From the IMG/VR virus record IMGVR_UViG_3300028394_000067: DNA of 64,000 nt. One strand, given 5' to 3'. Shown one piece after another: positions 28,632 through 35,900 of the stretch (position 1 is the stretch's first letter; the number at the start of each line of letters is the position of its first letter). Source of the DNA: an uncultured virus (IMG/VR IMGVR_UViG_3300028394_000067) (lineage: Duplodnaviria; Heunggongvirae; Uroviricota; Caudoviricetes). The notes under the pieces are model-generated. The model made no database searches. It saw only the letters and a program-made list of their open reading frames with translations, and was not told where the DNA came from. Made by a program: the position numbers and the translations under genes.

Positions 28632-28805
28632 CTACGTACGCACACAGTGTTTAAGTTGCCTATATGTGACCGTTACAGTTTCAACTTGGCCCCTACAGTT
28701 ATGTTCAATGTAGGAATTTAGCAAGTTTTGAACTGGAGTCAAAGCACTAAATCCAATGGTTATACCAATAAAAATCGCAGAAAATGGAGCAATTAGATCG
28801 TTCAT
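28632..28805 (-). CDS. Small membrane protein (57 aa; not in ORF track)
   Basis: MNDLIAPFSAIFIGITIGFSALTPVQ...HCVRT. Confidence 0.5.
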   Translation of the reverse strand: MNDLIAPFSAIFIGITIGFSALTPVQNLLNSYIEHNCRGQVETVTVTYRQLKHCVRT

Positions 28806-28879
28806 AGTTAATAGATTGGGATTAGTTTAAGCCCGCGTGGTAAGTATGCGCGGCCCACTGTGCTACTTAATATGTTTAG

Positions 28880-29608
28880 TTACTTACTATAACCTGCATG
28901 CTTACCTTGTTGCCTACGCTTACGGATTGCAGCGCCCGCAATACTATTCTTTGGCTGTGTTCCGTGTACTAACAAGGCGAAAGATTTATTACCGAAGCAA
29001 TGTGAATCATCATGATCTATCTCTAGATTTAATGCTTCCGCTTCTTCTTCAGTGTTAACAACGTAGGCAACCCGTGGGAATAAGTGTTCCAAGTGTGAAT
29101 ACTCACCGCCCGCAGATGCTGTGATGTAGAAATTACTGGGAAGGTCTATTAACTTGCCTTCGTGTACAAACATATGCAGTGATTTAGTGTAAGCATAAAA
29201 CTTTATGCTTGGAAATTGTTGAGCTACCAGTAACCATGTAGCCAAATAACGCTCACTAAAAAAGTCACCCGATGGATGAACTCTAAACTTATCAATGCTT
29301 TTAGTTACTTTGGGTCGGATACTATCGACTAATATCTGTGAGGCATATGTATATTGATCTTCTTTAAGTGCATCAGCGATAACATTTAAGTTATCAACTC
29401 TAGACTTATGCACGTTGGGATACATAACTTCGTTAGATGCTGCAAAGCATCTGAAGATTACATGGGGGCCATCCACAATCTTACCTGCACTCACCCAAGC
29501 CTTACAATCTCTGGCGCCAGGGCAAGTTCGCCCCGCAGGTATACTGAACGTGAGCGTGGATTTAGATAACTTAGCGTTACCTTTACCGATGCAGAGTTGC
29601 TGAGCCAT
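28880..29608 (-). CDS. Gp88-like (radical-SAM-related) phage protein
   Basis: GNAKL...FSIPAGRTCPGA..C...CFA; FRVHPSGDFFS; YAYTKS. Confidence 0.75.
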   Translation of the reverse strand: MAQQLCIGKGNAKLSKSTLTFSIPAGRTCPGARDCKAWVSAGKIVDGPHVIFRCFAASNEVMYPNVHKSRVDNLNVIADALKEDQYTYASQILVDSIRPKVTKSIDKFRVHPSGDFFSERYLATWLLVAQQFPSIKFYAYTKSLHMFVHEGKLIDLPSNFYITASAGGEYSHLEHLFPRVAYVVNTEEEAEALNLEIDHDDSHCFGNKSFALLVHGTQPKNSIAGAAIRKRRQQGKHAGYSK

Positions 29609-29634
29609 GGTGTTAGTTTGTTGAGTTGGTTTGA

Positions 29635-29847
29635 TTAGTTAACTAGTCTGTAATCAATGGAATCTACACTCCATCTACATTCATCTGAGATTAACTTAGA
29701 GATACTAAATCCCTCATCTTCTACAGTCCATTCACTGTGAAGATATTTCTCTTCGAGTATTTCACTGATACGAATTGCTTCGTACTTTGTTAAGTCCTCA
29801 TCATCGTTTAGATTGAATTCGATTGCAGTTACTCTGTAGGTTTCCAT
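29635..29847 (-). CDS. Small cyanophage-type hypothetical protein
   Basis: YRVTAIEF...ISD..W.V.SIDY. Confidence 0.6.
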   Translation of the reverse strand: METYRVTAIEFNLNDDEDLTKYEAIRISEILEEKYLHSEWTVEDEGFSISKLISDECRWSVDSIDYRLVN

Positions 29848-30028
29848 GTTAATTAGTGAGTGTTAGGTTAGTGTGTGATGTAGCCCGCAGTGAGCGGAGC
29901 GAGCGAGGATTTAGTGAGAGGTTAGTTATCGTCACCCTCATCTCGAATGTTATCGCTTGCCACATATAACAAGCTGAAACCGATTATTAGCAGGGTTACT
30001 AATAAAATAACCATAATAGTGATCATGT

Positions 30029-30235
30029 TTAACCAAACATCTCATGAAATAAGTCTATGGGCTGAGTATCTAACTCATCTCGCATCTTAATTAGCTCATC
30101 TTGTTGCATACGTAATTTAAGTATTTGATCACCTAAATAATGCAGTCGGTTGTTAATCTTAATCCGTGTTAGGTTGTTAACAGCGGAGAGTTCATATTCT
30201 GTGTTGTTAAGCAACACAGTCTTAGTAGTGATCAT
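30029..30235 (-). CDS. Hypothetical protein
   Basis: 68-aa ORF ending DLFHEMFG. Confidence 0.6.
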   Translation of the reverse strand: MITTKTVLLNNTEYELSAVNNLTRIKINNRLHYLGDQILKLRMQQDELIKMRDELDTQPIDLFHEMFG

Positions 30236-30239
30236 TAGA

Positions 30240-30443
30240 TTAAGCCTCGGGGTTTGGAGTAAGATTTAACTCGGAAAGTATGTCTCCCATGGTTGAGTAT
30301 GGGAACTTAATACTTAGGGGGCCACAGAAACTCCAAGAATTGAAAGTTGGTGACCAAAATAGATCATCAGGATCAACTGAAACTGATACTAATTGAGCAG
30401 CAGTTACAGGTGGAACCTGTCTGTTTCTAAAGTGAGTTTTCAT
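30240..30443 (-). CDS. Hypothetical protein
   Basis: 67-aa ORF. Confidence 0.55.
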   Translation of the reverse strand: MKTHFRNRQVPPVTAAQLVSVSVDPDDLFWSPTFNSWSFCGPLSIKFPYSTMGDILSELNLTPNPEA

Positions 30444-30461
30444 AACAATTAAGTGGGTGAA

Positions 30462-30674
30462 TTAAGAGAACTTCTTATGCAGCATGGCTGCAATTCTGTC
30501 GTTGAAGTGTTTATCAATAGCGTCACTAATTGTGGCGCCTTGATTTACAGCTTCAGCTATACGCTCAGCCTGCCTTAAATAAATACCTAAAGCAAACGGA
30601 TTGTATCCACGTTTTGTGGATTGTTTGATATCCCATTGAGTGAGATAGTGATCAAGTTGGGCGTGAAGATCCAT
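30462..30674 (-). CDS. Hypothetical protein
   Basis: 70-aa ORF with CAAAATCACAC leader. Confidence 0.65.
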   Translation of the reverse strand: MDLHAQLDHYLTQWDIKQSTKRGYNPFALGIYLRQAERIAEAVNQGATISDAIDKHFNDRIAAMLHKKFS

Positions 30675-30697
30675 TGCCTGTGTGATTTTGGTGTGGG

Positions 30698-30952
30698 TTA
30701 GTAATACTTTCTGCGCAAGTCACGGGATTTATCCCATGCAGGATTACATGCATCGGCGCCTACTTTATCTGGGAAGCAGGGCCTTACATCGTCCTTGTAT
30801 ACATAACCGAATCCTTTGTAGTTTCCGGTTTCATGTAATACGTGCTCAAGTGCAGTGATCAACCCATACTTTTCATCGTCTGATAAATCAAGAACAAGTT
30901 TAGAGTTCATGTAGTTTTTGAACTCTGACACTTCGAATGTTTTGCGGGCCAT
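30698..30952 (-). CDS. Hypothetical protein (LE.VLH.TGNY.GF.Y family)
   Basis: 84-aa ORF with CAAAATCACAC leader. Confidence 0.7.
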   Translation of the reverse strand: MARKTFEVSEFKNYMNSKLVLDLSDDEKYGLITALEHVLHETGNYKGFGYVYKDDVRPCFPDKVGADACNPAWDKSRDLRRKYY

Positions 30953-30985
30953 AATTAGTGCTTGGTTGTGTGATTTTGATGTGGT

Positions 30986-31165
30986 TTAGTAGATGTAAAC
31001 AATATCTGTCTGCTTAAAATACACACGTTTGTTATGTGTTAAATGACAAATATCTGCGGTTCGATTAGTTCTTTTGATTGCTAATCCACCACCTTTAGGA
31101 ATAAACTGTTGGCCTACATTAATGGCGGCGAATGTTACTGGTTTGGAATAGATACTGAAGTTCAT
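30986..31165 (-). CDS. Small hypothetical protein (59 aa; not in ORF track)
   Basis: MNFSIYSKPVTFAAINVGQQF...TDIVYIY. Confidence 0.5.
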   Translation of the reverse strand: MNFSIYSKPVTFAAINVGQQFIPKGGGLAIKRTNRTADICHLTHNKRVYFKQTDIVYIY

Positions 31166-31167
31166 TG

Positions 31168-31479
31168 TTAAATCCAGAAGTTGTCTAGTTTGAACTCACC
31201 AATGAAGCTATTTAAGATATTCTCAGCAACTAGTTTGCGCTCTGGTATAGGAAACATTGTATGCCAAGCTTGATTAATCGAGCCGTGGCACACTTTATAA
31301 TCCTTAGCCGCTGGAATAACTAGATTCCGGTATACATAACCTAAAGCGCGTTCATAATCAAAGGAACCCTTGCGCCAGAATTTAGTTAGTGTCCGGCCAA
31401 TACCGTTGAAATGTACATCTGAAAAATTCCCTGCGTAGAGTTCCAACTCCAACGCTAAATCTTGATCAACAACAGTCAT
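31168..31479 (-). CDS. Hypothetical protein, first gene of the early cluster
   Basis: Likely ATG at 31479 (MTVVDQDLALELELYA..N; KG.FD...A; AAKDY). Confidence 0.7.
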   Translation of the reverse strand: MTVVDQDLALELELYAGNFSDVHFNGIGRTLTKFWRKGSFDYERALGYVYRNLVIPAAKDYKVCHGSINQAWHTMFPIPERKLVAENILNSFIGEFKLDNFWI

Positions 31480-31642
31480 GATTAGCACCTGGTTTGTGTG
31501 ATTTTGAGGGAGAGAATCCCTCAGTAAACTTGTTAGTTTAGTGAGAGAATCATCGTGATCATAAATGATCATTAAGCTGAGATTAAGTACCCTACCGAGA
31601 ACACTGCTAAGCAATGTATGGCCCCGGTAGGATACAATCCCG

Positions 31643-31669
31643 AAAAAAAAGCCCTACTTAAAGTAGAGC
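31643..31669 (-). terminator. Rho-independent terminator closing the candidate ncRNA locus
   Basis: Minus strand GCTCTACT-TTA-AGTAGGGC followed by T8. Confidence 0.8.
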
Positions 31670-31706
31670 ATAAAGCGCATGCAGAGCATGGATGTTATTA
31701 AATTGT

Positions 31707-32245
31707 AAAAAAATGCGGGTGGCCAGCGTTCGCTAAGCGCTGAAGTGTACAGATACCCTGCATGTTGACAGGAAAGGACACACCACCCCCGGTGAGAATT
31801 GTGTTTGTATTGAGTTACCGTTCCCACAATCAATCCCTGGACTTCTTACAGGTTACTAACCTGGCTTGCCTGGCGTTGAATCATGGTAATAGATAACGCA
31901 GCTAGACTGTAGAAAGATAACTTTCTGCAGCATTGAACCAAGGGCCTTCCGGGCAAAGACACTAGCTCCAAACCTGCCTTAGTCGATCGCGCAGGATCAA
32001 CCGGTAAGGTGGGAGATTCTAGTGCTGGACTGGGGCTTAGCCTCTCGCGAGGTTATGGGCACACCAATCCTATGGCTACTAGCCTCAGGGGTATCAGTTC
32101 AACAGCCTGTCGAGAAGATCTAGGCGCCATGATCCGTCGTCTCGCACTCTCACCTTTCGGTTACTTTGTGCGACGTCCCGTTCAGGGCCAGATCAACCGA
32201 TGGCTGAGCTTTTATGTAGTGGTGCGGGTGGTTCTCCCCCCGCTT
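31707..32245 (-). ncRNA. Candidate large structured non-coding RNA (~540 nt)
   Basis: Own promoter and downstream terminator; about 10 stems, GNRA tetraloops (ACC-GAAA-GGU, CCUC-GCGA-GAGG), G-U wobbles on the minus strand, long-range stem 32086-32095/31752-31760; no credible ORF. Confidence 0.7.
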
Positions 32246-32251
32246 GAACTA

Positions 32252-32280
32252 AGCCTAACATGGGATCGGCAGCCTGTCGA
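32252..32280 (-). promoter_or_regulatory. Sigma70-type promoter TCGACA-N17-TAGGCT with extended TG
   Basis: -35 at 32275-32280, -10 at 32252-32257. Confidence 0.6.
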
Positions 32281-32371
32281 GAAGGTTGTTGCATAACTTA
32301 ACAATTGGGCGGGAGCTCATAGGCTCGCAAGGCTCAACCGTTAAGCCAGGCACCCTATGACAGGAAGCCGT

Positions 32372-32442
32372 TGGCTAGGCGTGGCCGGTAGGATGCCGCT
32401 GGCTAGGCGTGGCCGGTAGGCTGGCTAGGCGTGGCCGGTAGG
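32372..32442 (+). repeat. Three 21-bp direct repeats (TGGCTAGGCGTGGCCGGTAGG)
   Basis: Copies at 32372-32392, 32400-32420 and 32422-32442. Confidence 0.95.
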
Positions 32443-32462
32443 TTTCCCCGCCGGTTGAACCT

Positions 32463-32492
32463 ATAGTAACCACAGGGGGCGCCAAACGTCAA
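32463..32492 (-). promoter_or_regulatory. Sigma70-type promoter TTGACG-N18-TACTAT
   Basis: -35 at 32487-32492, -10 at 32463-32468; followed by GTTCAA like the neighbouring promoter. Confidence 0.65.
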
Positions 32493-32577
32493 CAGGGCAA
32501 ACCATAAGCGTTGCTTATCAATAGGTGAGCCCTAGGGTAGTTGTTATCAATTATACATTTAGTATAATGTAATTAAT

Positions 32578-32810
32578 TAAACAGCACTGTATAATTATCA
32601 ACAACTAGCGCGGGGGGTGATAGGAAATAAGTATTAAACAGTACTGTATAATTCTTAACACATAGCTAAATGTTATTTGATACTTAGTTATCTATTACTT
32701 ATTACTTAGGTTTAGTTAATACTTAATACATTGTTAGGTGTTACTTAGCATTTAATTAATTAATTTATACCACCCCGCCCTAGTTAATTATAATTAAACA
32801 GTGTTGTTTG
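32578..32810. repeat. AT-rich core flanked by a 45-bp imperfect inverted repeat (origin- or terminus-like)
   Basis: 32578-32622 vs reverse complement of 32766-32810 match 35/45 ungapped; internal direct repeat ATTAAACAG(C/T)ACTGTATAATT at 32576 and 32633. Confidence 0.75.
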
Positions 32811-32974
32811 ATTCTTATTCCTATCATCAGGCAGGAAAGTATAAACAATTCCGCGCCACTATGTATCACAAACCTGCCGCAATGTGTAAAAGCTGCCTTT
32901 TTTTTAATATACAAGCTTATGTGACGACGGTGGCGAGAAGGTTTTTGGTAACAGCGGGGTATTTTGAGGCTAAA

Positions 32975-33466
32975 ATGTGTTCTGCCAACATAGTAACAGC
33001 CGTGTTTAGTCGACTTTACGGCACCCAGTGGCAAGAATTCCCGAGCAGCAGCAGAAAACTACAAATAATTGCGAGTTTTGACCGCGAAGTTAGTCCTATT
33101 GAGCTAGAACAGCTTGCTGACACCGTGGGTTGGTGTCGCAGACCTCGAAATCGTACAAAAAAAGCTTTAAATAATTCGTTATTGGTCCTTGGCCTATGGC
33201 GTCACAACATTTGGGCGCCGCATTTGATTGGATTTGCTCGTTGTACGGGAGACGGTGTACTGAATGCAACTATTTGGGATTTAGTAATTCACCCGTTGTA
33301 TCAGCACAATGGTTTAGGTAAAGGTTTGCTGGACATTTTGACCACGCGGCTAAGACAAATGCAAGTTGAGAACGTAAATCTCTTTGCTGACGCGCAAGCA
33401 GTTGAATTTTATTCTGGTCAGGGATGGGAACTTGAGCCCCAGGGAAAACGCTGTATGGCTATGTAA
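32975..33466 (+). CDS. GNAT acetyltransferase, cyanobacterial Ycf52-like
   Basis: ELEQLADTVGWCRRP, IGFARCTGDGVLNATIWD..IHPLYQ..GLGK, LFAD...FY..QGW. Start uncertain. Confidence 0.8.
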   Translation: MCSANIVTAVFSRLYGTQWQEFPSSSRKLQIIASFDREVSPIELEQLADTVGWCRRPRNRTKKALNNSLLVLGLWRHNIWAPHLIGFARCTGDGVLNATIWDLVIHPLYQHNGLGKGLLDILTTRLRQMQVENVNLFADAQAVEFYSGQGWELEPQGKRCMAM

Positions 33467-33556
33467 AAAAAAATTCAACGCAGGAAAACGAGGGCAAAAC
33501 TTTTTGCTGTAGTAGAATTACTTCAAGTTGTATTGTTAGACGGGCAGTAAAAACAT

Positions 33557-33808
33557 ATGAACCCTTTTGAGTTTTTAAACAATGCCATCGTTAACGTACT
33601 TACTGGTTTGACGGAGCGTTATGGTACACGCTCACCAAACTATGTTCCTCCCAGTAATCCGGTGCCCCAACCGCGACCTACTATGAGGGATATTCCTTTC
33701 GGTCCTTATCAACCGCTAATAAATGAAGCTGAACGAGTTAAGGATGCGCTAAATGAGCAGACTCGTAGGAAACAAGAGATTATTGATAGAGAGCTAGGAA
33801 GATATTAG
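33557..33808 (+). CDS. Hypothetical protein
   Basis: 83-aa ORF with TAGAAT upstream. Confidence 0.6.
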   Translation: MNPFEFLNNAIVNVLTGLTERYGTRSPNYVPPSNPVPQPRPTMRDIPFGPYQPLINEAERVKDALNEQTRRKQEIIDRELGRY

Positions 33809-33810
33809 TT

Positions 33811-34146
33811 ATGTATGACACTTCTGAAGATAGAACTCGCGCTCTACTGGATAGTTACATTGGTGAGCTAATTGCTCAAGACCCTAGTTTTAAAGTTCAC
33901 GATTATAGTCAGGAGGGTACAGATATTCCTTCGTTTGGTTTCGAGAATAAATATGCTCAAGAACAGGGCGGACCTATTGCCAATTCATTTGAAATTGGAC
34001 CAAAACCTATACCGATTGATGATATACCGGTTAAAGGTAATTACCCTATAGCCCCTGTGGAAACGCAAGTTAAACGTGTAAATGAACTGCGAAGGTCCTT
34101 TGGTCTAGGACCGATAACTGTCAAACAGTATATGAGGGGAGTATGA
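33811..34146 (+). CDS. Hypothetical protein (N-terminus shared with the next gene)
   Basis: MYDTSEDRTRALLDSYI. Confidence 0.7.
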   Translation: MYDTSEDRTRALLDSYIGELIAQDPSFKVHDYSQEGTDIPSFGFENKYAQEQGGPIANSFEIGPKPIPIDDIPVKGNYPIAPVETQVKRVNELRRSFGLGPITVKQYMRGV

Positions 34147-34183
34147 ACTTAACACCTGATGAACAACGAGGAGAGTACTAATT

Positions 34184-34675
34184 ATGTATGACACTTTTGA
34201 GGATAGATCTCGCGCTCTACTGGATAGTTACATTGATAAGCTGGCTTATTTACGCGATGATCCTGCTTTAACTCCGATGGGTATTGAAGAACGTGATTTT
34301 ATAGAATATCAAAAAAACAGACCTGTGCCAGGCACTGTGCTAGATCCTCAAAAACTTGATTTACAAGAATATTTGGATGATGATTCCACTAGATATACAG
34401 GTGAGGGAGCACCATACGAGCCTATCGATCGACTTAAATTTTTAACGGGGCCACGCTCACCTTTAGCTTCTGCAGTACAGCCGGAATACTATAGAGATCC
34501 CCGAACTGGTCAACTTATGTCAACAATTCCTTCGGGCCCGAACACTGAGCTACCGGCCACAGGGTGGAATCCGTCAATGATTAAACCACCGGGTGACCCT
34601 AATTTTCGGCCCCCACCTACATACGATAGAATAGGCCCAAATGGGGAACGAATCCCATATGGGCCCCTTGTTTAG
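34184..34675 (+). CDS. Hypothetical protein (N-terminus shared with the previous gene)
   Basis: MYDTFEDRSRALLDSYI. Confidence 0.7.
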   Translation: MYDTFEDRSRALLDSYIDKLAYLRDDPALTPMGIEERDFIEYQKNRPVPGTVLDPQKLDLQEYLDDDSTRYTGEGAPYEPIDRLKFLTGPRSPLASAVQPEYYRDPRTGQLMSTIPSGPNTELPATGWNPSMIKPPGDPNFRPPPTYDRIGPNGERIPYGPLV

Positions 34676-34932
34676 TTGACTTTTAGTTGATCGTAGATAC
34701 CACCGCCACCAGGTACGTTTTGTGCCCTAAGTACTTTGTCGTGGGTGTCCAAAAACTCTTTTATTTCTTCGTCAGTAAAACCTTGGTCGCGAGCTGCTTT
34801 TAGGTCTTCGCCCCCAAAAAAATCGGGATCGATACCATACTCAGTTGAAATTCCGCTGGATCGGGGGTTTGGGGTAGTTGGGGCAGGTTTAAACTCTTGT
34901 GTTTGAAGGGGATTGTCGAATGTGGTAGGCAT
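34672..34932 (-). CDS. Single-module paralogue of the 16247..17359 repeat protein
   Basis: FDNPLQTQEFK...GISTEYGIDPDFFGGEDLKAARDQGF...GGGGIYDQLKV. Confidence 0.75.
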   Translation of the reverse strand: MPTTFDNPLQTQEFKPAPTTPNPRSSGISTEYGIDPDFFGGEDLKAARDQGFTDEEIKEFLDTHDKVLRAQNVPGGGGIYDQLKVN

Positions 34933-35116
34933 GTTAGAACTCTGTGGGCTGTAGCAGCCTAATGGATCTATGTCAAAGTAGATTGTTTTTTGGAAAAACT
35001 CAAAAAACTTTAATGTTGTTTGGTCTAGGCAGCCTATTTTGGTTCTCTGCCTGAAAAATTTTTTAGTAGTGAGCTACGCTAGCGATATAATAAACGTAGA
35101 CTAACATTCGGTTGTA

Positions 35117-35836
35117 ATGGGAATTCCCACATATTTAAATCCTTTTAAATCTCGTACCCCTACCACAAAATTGGGTCGAGTCGGTAAGGCACTTAATCCT
35201 TTAAATCCTTTTAATGCAAGGGCATTTTTAATTGAAGAAGCTATTCGTGCGGTTGCCGGTAAGTATTTACCTGCAGACACTCAGCGAAGGTTAGAGTATT
35301 TTAGTTTTGGTCCACAAGTAGGTATACTTGCGAATATTCTTGACGCTGGTACAGCTAATGCTCAAGACGATCAAAAATTAATTCAGGAGTCTGAACGTAT
35401 CCGACGTGGGATGCAAAGGCAAAAAGAAATTGAAGCTTTATCGCCTGCAGAAATTAAAGCTTTATCGCGTTCCCCTGTTGTAGATAGATCTGTTCCTCCT
35501 GTTGTAGATAGGCCTGCTCCTCCTGTAACTCGCGAGGTATCCGCTCCGGCTCCATCATATATACCTGCTTTATCTACTCAACAACCTCCGCCTCGTTCAA
35601 TTCCTTTAACTGCAAGTCCAACACCGTTACCAGAAGAACAGAATGAACTTGCTATTGAATACACCAAGCAAAATTTGTTAGGTAAAGCAATGAGCGAAGG
35701 AGGCGAACTTCAACGTCGTCTGTTCGAAGCCGGTGGCGGTGCTGGTATGGCACCTGAAGATTTTATGGCTTGGGTTGGTAGTAATCCGGGTGTTGCCTAT
35801 CGCGAAATGTTGCGTAGAGAATCTTTAGTTCAGTAA
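35117..35836 (+). CDS. Hypothetical protein (possible internal virion protein)
   Basis: 239 aa with a Pro-rich linker. The C-terminal W..SNPGVAYREM resembles WAQSYPALAYEM in 58673..60703. Confidence 0.65.
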   Translation: MGIPTYLNPFKSRTPTTKLGRVGKALNPLNPFNARAFLIEEAIRAVAGKYLPADTQRRLEYFSFGPQVGILANILDAGTANAQDDQKLIQESERIRRGMQRQKEIEALSPAEIKALSRSPVVDRSVPPVVDRPAPPVTREVSAPAPSYIPALSTQQPPPRSIPLTASPTPLPEEQNELAIEYTKQNLLGKAMSEGGELQRRLFEAGGGAGMAPEDFMAWVGSNPGVAYREMLRRESLVQ

Positions 35837-35900
35837 TGCAGCGCACATCTTTAATAGTAGCTTGCTGCTAGACTTACGCTGACACTCTAGGAGTTTAATT

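Noticed and set aside
29885..29907. GAGC-repeat stretch (CGCAGTGAGCGGAGCGAGCGAG) resembling Rep-binding elements
   Set aside because: Single short occurrence and no HUH Rep gene in the window.
31480..31614. N-terminal extension of ORF 31168..31614 (likewise 505..672, 1694..1825, 32801..32974)
   Set aside because: The extensions overlap hairpins, repeats or other genes; downstream starts fit better.
31707..32245. Group I intron, RNase P or tmRNA identity for the structured RNA
   Set aside because: It interrupts no gene. GACUA and AGUC segments only loosely resemble P7, and I see no RNase P P4 signature or tRNA-like ends. A covariance-model search is needed for a firm exclusion.
32009..32296. 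95-aa plus-strand ORF in the control region
   Set aside because: No recognisable motifs; it lies antisense to the structured RNA and across its promoter, so it is probably spurious.
32372..32442. CRISPR or mini-array interpretation of the 21-bp repeats (also 1736-1798)
   Set aside because: Spacers are only 0-7 nt and no cas genes are present.
35474..35524. 24-nt repeat (PVVDRSVP/PVVDRPAP) and the PTG repeat near 17073-17098
   Set aside because: Ordinary low-complexity linker expansions inside coding regions.
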